Part shown: one piece after another, positions 27,527 through 38,381 of the stretch | How positions within the stretch are numbered: the stretch's first letter is position 1 | How the letters are laid out: each line of letters opens with the position of its first letter | NCBI GenBank assembly: GCA_029261035.1 | Contig: JAJDCD010000008.1 | Span: forward strand, 162,313 to 226,312 | Source of the DNA: Candidatus Omnitrophota bacterium | Lineage (GTDB): Bacteria; Omnitrophota; Omnitrophia; Omnitrophales; JACROU01 | Reading direction: 5' to 3' | DNA: 64,000 nt | The notes under the pieces: generated by a model | What the model saw: the letters and a program-made list of their open reading frames with translations, nothing else | Told to the model about the DNA's origin: nothing | Database searches by the model: none | Program-made: the position numbers and the translations under genes

Positions 27527-29539
27527 TTAAGACAGTTCTAATACAACACCGTCTTTTCTAGGTAGGTCCATCAAAACAGTGTTTAGCATAACTGATTGAA
27601 CATCGTTCGTCAAAAGGTTCTTAGCTTTACTCAAACTCTTATTGGGTAGATTCAATTGGATCTGACAGGATTGTTCCAAATTAGTTGGATTCACAATAAC
27701 TACATAGTACTTACCCGACTTATGATAAACCGCAGTCTTCACCCCATCATGACTGGCCTGAACAGGTTCTGTGATATTGAAATGATCTAGAATATGCTTC
27801 ATTAACTCTCTATTAGGCTTAACCCCTAAGTGTAAAACCTTTCCCTTTCCAACCTTCTTTATATAACCCACAGTTTGAGTTCCGTAAGAACCTAAATCCG
27901 CCTTTATTGGAGTTCCTGAAACACGACCGAAAACCATTGGCTGACACGAAATAGAGACTGGTTTCTTTTTGCTAAGAGATAAAGATACATTCCATTTAAA
28001 CTCGAACAGAACAGAGTCTGGTTCATGCAATTCTAAGAGATCTGAATTTTTAAACCGGTCATCTTTTCTTGGGAAATTCTGAAACAAGACTAACACCCCA
28101 CCTTCACGTACATACTCATTTAAATTTTTTTGAGACTGCTGATCTAACCATTGATTGCCAGAATAAAACAAGATTGGCTTCTTTATACTTTTAATCAAAG
28201 GATCAAAAAAATCATAATCCACATCTGCTTCATATAGAGATTGGAGAACTTCATCTTTGGAAGAAATGGATTTAACGGCATATTGCATACGATTAAAAGT
28301 ACAACTTGCTGAAGTTATTTTCTCAAGAGATGGCACATCTATTTTTTTAAACACCGTCACCATCTGTTTGAATACATCGTAAAGCTCTGGACGCTTCTCT
28401 CCCCACTCATTAATGGGAGACATATACCAATTATCACGACCCACTAACATATACCAATTCCAACCTTGGCATCCTGCTAATAAAACAGACAAACAAAGTA
28501 AGCGATAGTGATTTGGGGAAAATGGGCCTGTTTCATAATTTCTTCCATGCCACACGCCGGATTCAAACTCAGCAATGTAAGGCAAGTCAGAAAAGGTTCT
28601 TAGATAACGAATTTTATCCATCACTTTTCGAGGTTCATACACATCTTCATTTAGCTCATTGTAAGGATATAGATCGACACCCACCAAATCACTTATTTGG
28701 TTCATTTTTTCCCAGTCATGAGCATAAAGAAATGGGTAAAGATTTAAATAAATAGGAACATCCACTCCTAAATTTCGATACGTGTCAACAATCCATTTTC
28801 CAAACTCATAAGAATAGTGATGTTTAAATTCAAAGTAATCCAACCCTCTTTTTAATTCTTTTTCTCCCGTCAACAAATAGTCTCTCGTGTTTTCTAAGGC
28901 TGCCGAAATAAATGCTTTAGCCTCGTTAAATGAAGCGTAGACAGTCCCCCATTGTTGATTTAATTTTTGTATGCTTTTATATTTTTTCTTGAGAAATTCT
29001 TGATATAAGCCGGGTTTACGCCCTAAACCATATTGATTACCAAATAAGTCAGGCCATGGGTCGATCTCGTTATCGGCTTGAAGTAATACAATATTTCCCT
29101 TAGGTTGAGTAGCAAAATAAGGCTGGATAACCTTCAATACGGCTTTAATATAATGCTGAGACAATTCTTTAAACTGAGGGTGAAGACGATGATACTTTCG
29201 CACATGATCAGGGACCCCATCATTCTTCCATTCACTGTAGATGTATGGGCCAGGACGAATTATTAAGTAAAGCCCTTCTTTTTGAACTAAATCTAAAAAG
29301 GCCTTTAAATTTCTTTGAGGGTCAGTTTTTCCAAAGAAGTCGTACTTCTTTTTCGATGTTTCGTGGAATTCCCAGGGGATGTAAGTAGCTACAACAGTTA
29401 AACCCATTTGTTTAACGCTCCTCAAACAGTCCTTCCAACTATCTGGACTTAATCTCCAATAATGAACTTCTCCAGAAATCAAGGGTGTTGCTTTAGACCC
29501 AACATAAATTTTTTGTTTTTTAATAGTAACTGTAGGCAT
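27527..29539 (-). CDS. Glycoside hydrolase family 35 beta-galactosidase (no signal peptide)
   Basis: 670 aa. The GH35 N-terminal signature GEVHYWRLSPDSWKDCLRSVKQMGLTVVATYIPWEFHE...LYLIIRPGPYIYSEWKNDGVPDH. Confidence 0.7.
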   Translation of the reverse strand: MPTVTIKKQKIYVGSKATPLISGEVHYWRLSPDSWKDCLRSVKQMGLTVVATYIPWEFHETSKKKYDFFGKTDPQRNLKAFLDLVQKEGLYLIIRPGPYIYSEWKNDGVPDHVRKYHRLHPQFKELSQHYIKAVLKVIQPYFATQPKGNIVLLQADNEIDPWPDLFGNQYGLGRKPGLYQEFLKKKYKSIQKLNQQWGTVYASFNEAKAFISAALENTRDYLLTGEKELKRGLDYFEFKHHYSYEFGKWIVDTYRNLGVDVPIYLNLYPFLYAHDWEKMNQISDLVGVDLYPYNELNEDVYEPRKVMDKIRYLRTFSDLPYIAEFESGVWHGRNYETGPFSPNHYRLLCLSVLLAGCQGWNWYMLVGRDNWYMSPINEWGEKRPELYDVFKQMVTVFKKIDVPSLEKITSASCTFNRMQYAVKSISSKDEVLQSLYEADVDYDFFDPLIKSIKKPILFYSGNQWLDQQSQKNLNEYVREGGVLVLFQNFPRKDDRFKNSDLLELHEPDSVLFEFKWNVSLSLSKKKPVSISCQPMVFGRVSGTPIKADLGSYGTQTVGYIKKVGKGKVLHLGVKPNRELMKHILDHFNITEPVQASHDGVKTAVYHKSGKYYVVIVNPTNLEQSCQIQLNLPNKSLSKAKNLLTNDVQSVMLNTVLMDLPRKDGVVLELS

Positions 29540-29550
29540 AAGATCCTCTG

Positions 29551-32031
29551 TTAAACAACAATGTTTACAAGTTTATTAGGCACAATAATAATTTTCCTTA
29601 TTTCTTTTCCATCAATCCAAGTTTTAACTTTTTCATCCGCTAAAACATACTTTTTTAAATCTTCTTCTGAAATGTCAGAAGGCACACATGCTCGCGCTCG
29701 AACCTTGCCTAATACTTGAACCACGATTTCAACTTCATCTGTCTTTAAAGAGTCCGCGTCAAAAGAAGGCCAAGAGGCTCTGAAAATACTACCTTCATTT
29801 CCCAAACGGCTCCATAGTTCTTCTGAAACATGAGGGACAAAAGGGGCTATAAGCAGAGTTACATTAAGAGCAACTTCATTTAACAATGCTTTATCTTCCT
29901 CCGATTGCTGCTGAAATTGAAAGCAAGCATTAATCAATTCCATAATTGCACTGATCGCCGTATTAAAATGAAAATCCCCTTCAAGGTCCTCGGTTACTTT
30001 TTTAATCGTTTGATGGAGCAAACGCTTTAGGTCCTTCGACTTCCACTTTGCTTCTCCTGCAATTTTCCAATCACTCGACTGCGTCACAAAACGCCATACA
30101 CGTCCCAAGAAACGAAAAGACCCATCTGCAGCCCTATCATTCCACTCCGCATCTTTCTCTGGAGGCCCAATAAACAAAGTATAAAGACGAACTGTGTCAG
30201 CACCATACTTTTCAATCAAAGGATCAGGACTCACCACATTCCCTTTAGACTTAGACATTTTAGCACCATCTTTAATAATCATACCTTGGGTAAATAAGTT
30301 TTTAAACGGCTCTGAAAAAGACAATAAATCTAAATCATGAAGCACCTTGGTTATAAAACGAGAATAGAGCAAATGCAAAATAGCATGTTCCACACCACCT
30401 ATATACTGATCCACAGGAAGCCATTTATTTACTAAGTCAAAGTCAAAAGCCTTTGTTTCGTCGTTAGGAGATAAATATCTTAAATAATACCAACTTGAAT
30501 CAACAAAGGTGTCCATGGTATCTACTTCACGACGAGCATCAGACTGACATTTCGGACATTTCACATTAAGAAAGTCTGCATTGTCTTGTAGTGGTGATTT
30601 TCCAGTAGGTTTAAACTCAACTTCTTCAGGAAGAACAACAGGCAACTCTGATTCAGGGACTGGAACCGCCCCACAGGTATCACAATAAATAATTGGAATT
30701 GGAGCCCCCCAATAACGCTGTCTTGAAATTAACCAATCTTTAAGGCGATAATTAATGCTTCTTTTTCCAATATCATTTCGCTCCATAAAATCAGCGATTA
30801 AGTTCCAGCTTTCTTGATTTCCCTTCCCTGTAAATGCTCCTGACTCCACAAGGACACCCTCATCTTCGTATGCTTCCGTCATTTCAGACTCTTTTAATGC
30901 TTCTTTAGGGTTATCGATAACAACTCTCAAAGGTAAGTTGTATTTTTTTGCAAAAAGAAAATCTCTTTGATCATGGGTAGGCACTGCCATAACACAACCT
31001 GTTCCATAATCAAATAAGACGTAATTAGCCAACCAAATAGGAATTTTTTCTTGAGTCATTGGATTGATAGCATATCTGCCAGTAAAAACACCTTCCTTCT
31101 CGCCATCTTCAGACATGCGTTCAATACGGTCTTCTGCTCGTACTTTTCTTATAAAGGCTTCTATATTTTCTTTTTCATCCACATCTTTAATCAAATTAGA
31201 AACCAAAGGATGTTCCGGCGCTAACACAACATAAGTAGCCCCATGAATCGTATCTACACGTGTCGTAAAACAGGGCAACTTGGACTCTTCATCCGCGATA
31301 GGAAATTCAATTGTTACCCCTTCACTTCTACCAATCCAATTTCTTTGCATGGTCTTAACTCGGTCAGGCCAATTTTCCAATAATTTCAAATCATCTAATA
31401 ACTTATCCGCATAATCTGTTATTTTAAAAAACCATTGTTCAAGCTCTTTCGTTTCGACATGAGTATCACAGCGTTCACAAGCATCATTAACCACTTGTTC
31501 ATTCGCCAATACCGTCTGACAAGAAGAACACCAATTTACAGCTGCTTTTTTCTTATACGCTAAACCTTTCTCATAAAGCTTCAGAAAGATCCATTGGGTC
31601 CATTTATAATAATTAGGCAAACAACTAGCAACTTCACGGGACCAGTCATAACCGACTCCCCACTGATTTAATTGTTTTTTCATACGTTCAATGTTACTTA
31701 AGGTAGAAATCTTAGGATGGATATTCGTTTTAAGAGCCGCATTTTCAGCAGGAAGACCAAAAGCATCAAAACCCATAGGAGAAAGGACATTAAAGCCCCT
31801 CATCAATTTATATCGAGCAACAGCATCTCCTATAATATAGTTTCTCCCGTGCCCAACATGAAGGGCTGCTGAAGGATAAGGAAACATGACAAGACAGTAG
31901 AACTTTGGCTTATCACTCAGAGCATCTACCTCAAAGATCTTTTCTTGATCCCAGAAAGATTGCCATCGGGATTCTATTTCACTAAAAGGATAAATACCCT
32001 CTTGCTGTGTTTCGTTTTTATTATCAGACAT
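29551..32031 (-). CDS. leuS: Leucyl-tRNA synthetase
   Basis: 826 aa. HIGH motif (HVGHGRNY) and KMSKS (KMSKSKGN), with the editing domain present. Confidence 0.95.
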   Translation of the reverse strand: MSDNKNETQQEGIYPFSEIESRWQSFWDQEKIFEVDALSDKPKFYCLVMFPYPSAALHVGHGRNYIIGDAVARYKLMRGFNVLSPMGFDAFGLPAENAALKTNIHPKISTLSNIERMKKQLNQWGVGYDWSREVASCLPNYYKWTQWIFLKLYEKGLAYKKKAAVNWCSSCQTVLANEQVVNDACERCDTHVETKELEQWFFKITDYADKLLDDLKLLENWPDRVKTMQRNWIGRSEGVTIEFPIADEESKLPCFTTRVDTIHGATYVVLAPEHPLVSNLIKDVDEKENIEAFIRKVRAEDRIERMSEDGEKEGVFTGRYAINPMTQEKIPIWLANYVLFDYGTGCVMAVPTHDQRDFLFAKKYNLPLRVVIDNPKEALKESEMTEAYEDEGVLVESGAFTGKGNQESWNLIADFMERNDIGKRSINYRLKDWLISRQRYWGAPIPIIYCDTCGAVPVPESELPVVLPEEVEFKPTGKSPLQDNADFLNVKCPKCQSDARREVDTMDTFVDSSWYYLRYLSPNDETKAFDFDLVNKWLPVDQYIGGVEHAILHLLYSRFITKVLHDLDLLSFSEPFKNLFTQGMIIKDGAKMSKSKGNVVSPDPLIEKYGADTVRLYTLFIGPPEKDAEWNDRAADGSFRFLGRVWRFVTQSSDWKIAGEAKWKSKDLKRLLHQTIKKVTEDLEGDFHFNTAISAIMELINACFQFQQQSEEDKALLNEVALNVTLLIAPFVPHVSEELWSRLGNEGSIFRASWPSFDADSLKTDEVEIVVQVLGKVRARACVPSDISEEDLKKYVLADEKVKTWIDGKEIRKIIIVPNKLVNIVV

Positions 32032-32114
32032 AGACCCACCATTTTATAGGTAATTAAACAACGATTCAAGGTGCGATTTCTATTTCTAAGATAAATAAAG
32101 GGTAAAGACTTGTT

Positions 32115-32202
32115 TGGTGCCGGGAGTGGGACTTGAACCCACAAGAGCTGAAAGCCCATCAGATTTTGAGTCTGACGCGTCTGCCAATTCCGCCATCCCG
32201 GC
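32115..32202 (-). tRNA. tRNA-Leu (anticodon CAA), 88 nt with a long variable arm and encoded CCA
   Basis: Hand-folded cloverleaf: acceptor GCCGGGA/TCCCGGC, anticodon stem TCAGA/TCTGA, loop CTCAAAA, T-arm GTGGG-TTCAAGT-CCCAC. Confidence 0.9.
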
Positions 32203-32255
32203 TTAAGAAGTTACGTATTATACAGGAAAGTCAAATTTTTGCTGTCAAAACTGTC

Positions 32256-32331
32256 TGGTGGACCGAAGGGGGATCGAACCCCTGACCTCCACAATGCCAT
32301 TGTGGCGCTCTCCCATCTGAGCTACCGGCCC
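32256..32331 (-). tRNA. tRNA-Ala (anticodon GGC), 76 nt, with the G3:U70 identity pair
   Basis: Hand-folded: GGGCCGG acceptor, anticodon stem CCACA/TGTGG, loop ATGGCAT, T-arm AGGGG-TTCGATC-CCCCT, CCA encoded. Confidence 0.9.
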
Positions 32332-32460
32332 TAGAAGCTGATAATTCTATGAATATGATTCTTCTAAGTCAAGAGCCATATAAGCTTTATTTTGAGAAAT
32401 TAAAAAATGAAGATCTATTCTAGTTTGGCCTGCCAAACATAGCTTAAAACACGCTAGTGT

Positions 32461-32808
32461 TTAAGCGACGTTTGGTTGAGCTTTTTGTGCTATTGGAATC
32501 GGAGCTGTTAAAACTTTCCACAAACCTCTACAGGTTGAATCTGCGACATTTATAATCGATAGAAAAAAACTTTGAAGATGATCTGCTGCTGGCAACTCCC
32601 AAGTTGTATGCTTTGATTCCGCATAGGTAGGTTCAATCCGTTCTGGACTTTTCAATATCTGCTCCGTTCCCTCCTCCAAATTCTTTTCTAACTGATCCAC
32701 GTAACCAAGTCCATTACCAAAATCTCCTACAGGAGCAGCTATTGACAAAGACACAACTGAAAATGTCATAAAAAATACAATTAACACAACTTGAATTGAA
32801 CGAATCAT
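32461..32808 (-). CDS. Small secreted hypothetical protein
   Basis: The likely true start is the ATG at complement 32806-32808 (GGAGG 7 nt upstream), giving MIRSIQVVLIVFFMTFSVVSLSIAAPVG..., a signal peptide. The ORF track begins 12 nt further upstream at a GTG. Confidence 0.4.
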   Translation of the reverse strand: MIRSIQVVLIVFFMTFSVVSLSIAAPVGDFGNGLGYVDQLEKNLEEGTEQILKSPERIEPTYAESKHTTWELPAADHLQSFFLSIINVADSTCRGLWKVLTAPIPIAQKAQPNVA

Positions 32809-33052
32809 AATAACCTCCACTTATTCTATTAACAGAAAAATCTAAAAAACGAGTCCCAATGGCTTTCTACTTTAAAGTCCATTTATAGTTCTAATTTATA
32901 CCAAGAACACAATACATTCAACTAAATTGAATAAAGAGCCTGATTCTAAGACCAAGCCTATATCTACCTATTAAACTATCGGTTAAAGTCCCCAAAAACT
33001 GAGCCGATATTGTTTATACAGTTATGGAATATACTCAAGGAGGAGTGCTCAA

Positions 33053-33247
33053 ATGAAACAACAAACTTACACCTGTTCCTCATGCCACGAAAAAGGTGGA
33101 GAAGCAAAATTCAAAACTAAAATCTTAAGTATCATTTATAGTTCTAAACACGACAACATCCAAGCTTTCAAGCAAATTAAATGTGCTGAATGCCATAACT
33201 TGGTTACCATCATATACGAAACAATGGATAATAGCTTAACAAACTAA
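33053..33247 (+). CDS. Small zinc-ribbon protein (two CxxC pairs)
   Basis: 64 aa with CSSC and CAEC motifs. A strong AAGGAGG Shine-Dalgarno sits 8 nt upstream. Confidence 0.45.
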   Translation: MKQQTYTCSSCHEKGGEAKFKTKILSIIYSSKHDNIQAFKQIKCAECHNLVTIIYETMDNSLTN

Positions 33248-33248
33248 G

Positions 33249-34613
33249 CTACTTTCTTCTTTTCTTTTTCAATTCCAAAAAACACTGATCTAAGATATCT
33301 ATTGCTACGTCAAGTTCTGACTTGCTAGCAATCAAAGGTGGAACAATTCTAATTGAATTCTCCCCTGCACCTAAAATCAGAAGACCTTTTTCAAAAGCAA
33401 GATCCACCATCTTATCACGTTCTTTAATAGCCCTTACTTTTGTTTTACGATCTTTAACAAGCTCAACCCCCCACATAAATCCAACACCTCGAACATCACC
33501 AATAATTTCATATTTAGTCTCTAGTTCTTTTAACCTTTTTCCTAAGTAAGGCCCCAATTTTCTTACATTCTTAAGCAATTGCGTTTCCAATAATTTCAAG
33601 GTTGCAACAGCAGAAGCACACGCAACTGGGTTTCCTCCAAATGTAGAAGCATGAGATCCTGGTTTCCAGTCCATTATTTTTTCTGTAGTCACAATCGCAC
33701 CCAAAGGCATTCCAGATGCAATCCCTTTAGCCATAGTGATTATGTCAGGTTTAACTTTCCAATGATTAATAGCAAAGCACTCCCCAGTTCGCCCCATTCC
33801 AGCTTGAACTTCATCCATAATTAATAATATGCCGTACTTATGAGCTATCTGTTTTAAGGTTGCATGATATTTAGGTGGAGGAACATTAAAGCCACCCTCT
33901 CCTTGGATAGGCTCCACAATAATTGCTGCAACCTCCTCAGCTGGAAGCACTGTTTTAAAATACTCTTCTTCTATAACTTTCGCACAATGAACATCACAAC
34001 TTGGGTACTTCAGTCCATAAGGACATCGATAACACGTAGCATAAGGCACATGCGTAACCCCAGGAACTAACGGGCTAAACCTTTCCTTTTGTCTAGATTT
34101 ACTTCCCGTAAGTGACAAAGCTCCCATAGTACGTCCATGAAAGGCTCCTAGAAAAGCAATTACTTTTTGTCTTTTTGTATGATAACGCGCACATTTAAAA
34201 GCAGACTCAACAGCCTCTGCTCCTGAGTTACAGAAAAATACTTTTTTTCTCCCCTTTTCTAATGGGGCAATCTTTGCTAACTGCTCTGCTAATGTAACCT
34301 GAATTTCATAGTAAAAATCTGTTCCAGACATATGAATCAAACGATCCATCTGTGATTTCATTGCTTTTAATACTTTAGGATGACAATGCCCCGTATTCGT
34401 AACGGATAAACCACACGTAAAATCTAAGAAAAGGTTGCCATCTGGATCCGTAATCCATGCTCCCAAAGCCTTATCCACAACTAAGGGGTAGGATCGTGTC
34501 ATTGAAGGAGAGAGAATAAATTCATCACGACGTACAATTTTTTTAGCCTTTGGGCCAGGAAGTATTTTTGATTTGATTCGAGGACGTTTATTCATAATAA
34601 GTCCTCCCTTCAA
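33249..34613 (-). CDS. Class-III PLP aminotransferase (GabT / ornithine-aminotransferase-like)
   Basis: 454 aa. PLP-lysine region LLIMDEVQAGMGRTGECFA and the class-III fold. Confidence 0.8.
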   Translation of the reverse strand: MKGGLIMNKRPRIKSKILPGPKAKKIVRRDEFILSPSMTRSYPLVVDKALGAWITDPDGNLFLDFTCGLSVTNTGHCHPKVLKAMKSQMDRLIHMSGTDFYYEIQVTLAEQLAKIAPLEKGRKKVFFCNSGAEAVESAFKCARYHTKRQKVIAFLGAFHGRTMGALSLTGSKSRQKERFSPLVPGVTHVPYATCYRCPYGLKYPSCDVHCAKVIEEEYFKTVLPAEEVAAIIVEPIQGEGGFNVPPPKYHATLKQIAHKYGILLIMDEVQAGMGRTGECFAINHWKVKPDIITMAKGIASGMPLGAIVTTEKIMDWKPGSHASTFGGNPVACASAVATLKLLETQLLKNVRKLGPYLGKRLKELETKYEIIGDVRGVGFMWGVELVKDRKTKVRAIKERDKMVDLAFEKGLLILGAGENSIRIVPPLIASKSELDVAIDILDQCFLELKKKRRK

Positions 34614-34641
34614 TTAAATTTTTTATTCCATTTCAACGTTT

Positions 34642-36183
34642 CTATTCATCCATCTGTGCCTTCTGCAATTTGCCACTATAATCCACAAACACAGATTTCC
34701 ATTCTGTAAAAATATCCAAAACCGTACTTCCCGCTTCACGATGTCCATTCCCTGTTTTTTTAACTCCTCCAAAAGGCAAATGAACTTCAGCACCAATGGT
34801 TGGCCCATTCACATAAGTAAGTCCAGCTTCTATATCTCTCACAGCCACCATTGCTTTATTTATATCCCGCGTAAATATAGATGAAGACAATCCATAATCT
34901 GTAGAATTAAGAACTTTCACTGCTTCATCTAAATTCTTAATTCGGATCAATGCCGTAACAGGGCCAAATATTTCTTCCTGAGCTATTCTCATATTTGGAG
35001 TTACTTCACTGAAAATGGTCGGTTCAAAAAAATACCCCTTTTTATAACCCGCTCCCCTTGGGATACCACCTCCTAATTCCAGCTTTGCGCCATCTTGTTT
35101 TGCTACACCCATATAAGCTTTCACTTTTTGATGCTGCGATTTATTAATCAGCGGACCAACATCTATTTTTTCATTAAGCCCATCCCCCAAGCGCAATGTC
35201 TTTGCTCTTTTAACGAGTCTTCGTTTAAATGTTTCATAGATATCTTTATGCACAATAATTCGGCTCGTTGCTGTACAACGTTGTCCCGTAGTTCCAAAAG
35301 CTCCCCAAACAGCTCCTTCTATCGCTAAATCCAGATCAGCATCATCCATAACTATTTGTGCGTTTTTACCTCCCATTTCCATAGAACAGTTCTTTATCAT
35401 TCTTCCACAAGCTTCTCCGATAATGCTTCCCACTTCTGATGAGCCTGTAAAAGAAATTAGACGTGTCTTTGGATGATGAACAATCAATTCTCCCGTGCTC
35501 GGGCCACCATGAACCAAATTAATCACACCTTTGGGGACTCCCGCTTTTTCTAATATCTCCACAAACATACAAGCAGATGCTGGCGTATCTTCTGCCGGTT
35601 TAAAGACCATCGTATTTCCACAAATGAGTGCTGGATAAATTTTCCATGAAGGTACCGCAATTGGAAAATTCCAAGGAGTTATAATACCGCAAACACCAAT
35701 AGGCATTCTGACAGTCATCGCAAGTTTATTCGGAAGCTCACTCGTGGTGGTTTGCCCCAGTAGCCTTCGACCTTCTCCCGCAATGTAATAAGCTGTATCA
35801 ATGGCTTCTTGGACATCCCCCCGTGTTTCACGAAGAGGTTTCCCCATCTCTCTAGTCATTAATTTCGCCAAAGCTTCTTTTTGTTTCTCTAATAGTTGTC
35901 CGCTACGAAATAAAATTTCCCCTCTCTTAGGAGCCGGCATTTTCCTCCATTGATCAAAAGCTTTTTCAGCAGACATAACAGCTTGGTCTACATCCTGTTT
36001 ACCCGAATAAGGAAAAACCCCCACGACATCGTCCGTATTCGCTGGATTTACATTAACAAAAATTCGATCTGTAGAAGATTTTTTCCAAACACCCCCAATG
36101 AAATTTAAATAAGGTTTTTTTAATGTTAGCTTTTTCTGTCTTCTTTTAGAAGACTTGTACTCTAATAGTGTAAGTGCGCTCAT
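34642..36183 (-). CDS. NAD(P)-dependent aldehyde dehydrogenase
   Basis: 513 aa. ELGGK-like motif ([11 protein letters not shown]) and catalytic Cys ([12 protein letters not shown]). Confidence 0.8.
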   Translation of the reverse strand: MSALTLLEYKSSKRRQKKLTLKKPYLNFIGGVWKKSSTDRIFVNVNPANTDDVVGVFPYSGKQDVDQAVMSAEKAFDQWRKMPAPKRGEILFRSGQLLEKQKEALAKLMTREMGKPLRETRGDVQEAIDTAYYIAGEGRRLLGQTTTSELPNKLAMTVRMPIGVCGIITPWNFPIAVPSWKIYPALICGNTMVFKPAEDTPASACMFVEILEKAGVPKGVINLVHGGPSTGELIVHHPKTRLISFTGSSEVGSIIGEACGRMIKNCSMEMGGKNAQIVMDDADLDLAIEGAVWGAFGTTGQRCTATSRIIVHKDIYETFKRRLVKRAKTLRLGDGLNEKIDVGPLINKSQHQKVKAYMGVAKQDGAKLELGGGIPRGAGYKKGYFFEPTIFSEVTPNMRIAQEEIFGPVTALIRIKNLDEAVKVLNSTDYGLSSSIFTRDINKAMVAVRDIEAGLTYVNGPTIGAEVHLPFGGVKKTGNGHREAGSTVLDIFTEWKSVFVDYSGKLQKAQMDE

Positions 36184-37004
36184 TTCCCCACCCCTTTCAG
36201 ATTACCCCTCTTCTTTTGCTGGGGCTTTAACATCTTCTTACCTTCAAATCGCTTAGCCACTTCTTTCAAACAATCATAATGTGTCGAATCCAGTTGCAAC
36301 GGAGTTACAGAGACATAACCTTTTTTTATAACTCCTTCATCTGTTTCTATAGAATTATCATTAATAATCATTTCACCTGTTAACTTATATCTTAAAACTC
36401 CATTAGCACTCTTTTGCTTTTTAAACACTTCTACAAAACGAGAATCTGCCTGAGGAACAACACGAACTCCTTTTATTTTAGACTTTGGAAGATCTGGGAT
36501 ATTCACATTCAAAAAAGTATCTCTTGGTAATTTATTCTTAAGACAATCTACAACAACCTGTTTTGCGATTATTGCTGCGCTTTTAAATTTTATAGAAGAA
36601 TTACTTGCTAGAGAAAATGCGACCGAAGGGATCCCGCAAATAAGAGCTTCCCTAGCTCCTGCCACCGTACCGGAATAATAAACAGAAACACCTGTGTTTG
36701 AACCTTGATTAATGCCAGAAACAACTAAGTCGGGTTGTGATTTCATCAATTCACATAAAGCAAATTTTACACAATCCACAGGAGTTCCATGAATGCCGTA
36801 AGCAGGCACTTTTTCAACATCCTCAAATGGCGTTACTTCTATATTTTCTCTAAGAGTAACCGCTTGTCCTACAGAGGAACATTGACGGATAGGTGCTACA
36901 ACAAAGCAATCTGCAACACTTCTTAATTCACGCTCTAAAGCAATAATTCCTGGGGCATGAATCCCATCATCATTTGTGATTAAAATAAGAGGTTTTTTTC
37001 CCAT
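36180..37004 (-). CDS. surE: 5'/3'-nucleotidase SurE
   Basis: 274 aa. N-terminus LILITNDDGIHAPGI. Confidence 0.85.
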   Translation of the reverse strand: MGKKPLILITNDDGIHAPGIIALERELRSVADCFVVAPIRQCSSVGQAVTLRENIEVTPFEDVEKVPAYGIHGTPVDCVKFALCELMKSQPDLVVSGINQGSNTGVSVYYSGTVAGAREALICGIPSVAFSLASNSSIKFKSAAIIAKQVVVDCLKNKLPRDTFLNVNIPDLPKSKIKGVRVVPQADSRFVEVFKKQKSANGVLRYKLTGEMIINDNSIETDEGVIKKGYVSVTPLQLDSTHYDCLKEVAKRFEGKKMLKPQQKKRGNLKGVGK

Positions 37005-37225
37005 CCCAGCTATCTCCCATAACAGAAAGTTAGACTCATACCTACTTCTCTCATTTGGAACCTTAAAGTAACGTACCGAGTGTGACAGGTCTTTAGACCT
37101 GTTATCACCACTACTTATTAAGAAGCTAATTACTCCATTACAAAACTCAAAGGATATCTCTACAAAACTCCTACATCCTTAAGTTTAACGCATGAATCTT
37201 AATGTGTGAAATCCGATAGAAGTTT

Positions 37226-37987
37226 CTAAAAAAGATCTGTAAAGTAGGTCATTTCGCCAAAATGAATAAGCTCAATATTCTCTTGTTTAACAAGGTTTTT
37301 AAGGCGATCATGAATCAATGCCTTACGCTCCACCTCCCGAGCTTGATTAAAACTGGAAATTTTAGTGAGTTCTTTCGTAACAAACCCTGGATGAACCATA
37401 ATTTCAGAAACCCCTTTCGGAAGAGATGAAATTTGCCTGCAAAGAGATGTAAGAGTCCAATGCTTCTTATGATCCAAATCTCCAAAAAAATAATGAGGAA
37501 TAGGAATCTTATCCTTAAGCAAACTTCTTCTCACCTCAGAAGTGTTTAAAGGAACAAGACGGTGTGGGATTTTATACTTATAACTTAACTTCAATATTAC
37601 GTTGAATAGATTAGAATATATATGCAAATGATGATGTGTGTCTATGTGAGTTGGCAAAACACCAAAACTATCTTGAAATTGTAGTATCTGAGCTTCAAAC
37701 TCTTTCATTAATTTCACTTCAGGAATACTCTTAATTTTTTGAGGACTCATTTTACTGAATGAGCTTTTAAAAGAAGAACTACGAGGCTCCCCTAAGGTAA
37801 TGGATAAATGAATCCCCTTACCTAAAAAGGGTCGATTTAATAAGTGTTTGATTTTATTTTTTTTAATAGGGAATGTCATTAAAATTGTAGTGCTACTTAC
37901 AACACCCCTATCATGACAATCTAAAATTGCTCGATCAACACCCGATGTCAGATTAAAATCGTCCGCATTTATAATGAGATATTTCAT
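37226..37987 (-). CDS. YdjC/ChbG-family carbohydrate deacetylase
   Basis: 253 aa. N-terminus MKYLIINADDFNLTSGVDRAILDCHDRGVVSSTTILM matches the YdjC signature. Confidence 0.7.
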   Translation of the reverse strand: MKYLIINADDFNLTSGVDRAILDCHDRGVVSSTTILMTFPIKKNKIKHLLNRPFLGKGIHLSITLGEPRSSSFKSSFSKMSPQKIKSIPEVKLMKEFEAQILQFQDSFGVLPTHIDTHHHLHIYSNLFNVILKLSYKYKIPHRLVPLNTSEVRRSLLKDKIPIPHYFFGDLDHKKHWTLTSLCRQISSLPKGVSEIMVHPGFVTKELTKISSFNQAREVERKALIHDRLKNLVKQENIELIHFGEMTYFTDLF

Positions 37988-37999
37988 AATTCCTCAACA

Positions 38000-38380
38000 T
38001 TAAAACTTTTCAATAACAAGAAAGCCAACAGCCATCTTTTTTTCATGCGCTAAGCTAACCCATACATTTTTCAATTTAAGCACTTCTAGTTTTAGCTTTA
38101 GGTCTCCCGAAAACGAAATATGAGGAGAATGAAAATTTCCTTGCATCACTTCAATCGAACTCATCTGAACACTCTCCAGATCTAAGTTCAACGCTTTTAT
38201 GAACGCTTTCTTAACCGCTAGGCGTCCAGCAAAATTTTCTGAGCTTGATTTTTTAAAAGAATGGCAATAATCGATTTCATTGGAAGAAAAAGTTTCTTTA
38301 AGGTAAGTAGATCCATCTGCTTGAATCGCCATAGAGACGTCCTCTATTGATTCAAAGTGCAGGCCTTCAACAAAACTCAT
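38000..38380 (-). CDS. acpS: Holo-ACP synthase (4'-phosphopantetheinyl transferase)
   Basis: 126 aa. FAGRLAVKKAFIKALN and VSLAHEKKMAVGFLVIE parallel E. coli AcpS (LAKRFAVKEAAAKAFG, VTLADERHYACATVIIE). Confidence 0.65.
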   Translation of the reverse strand: MSFVEGLHFESIEDVSMAIQADGSTYLKETFSSNEIDYCHSFKKSSSENFAGRLAVKKAFIKALNLDLESVQMSSIEVMQGNFHSPHISFSGDLKLKLEVLKLKNVWVSLAHEKKMAVGFLVIEKF

Positions 38381-38381
38381 T

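Noticed and set aside
37060-37110. Hairpin GACAGGTCTTTAGACCTGTTATC between surE and the YdjC-family gene, considered as a terminator.
   Set aside because: No T-run follows on the transcribed strand. It is likely just a small palindrome.
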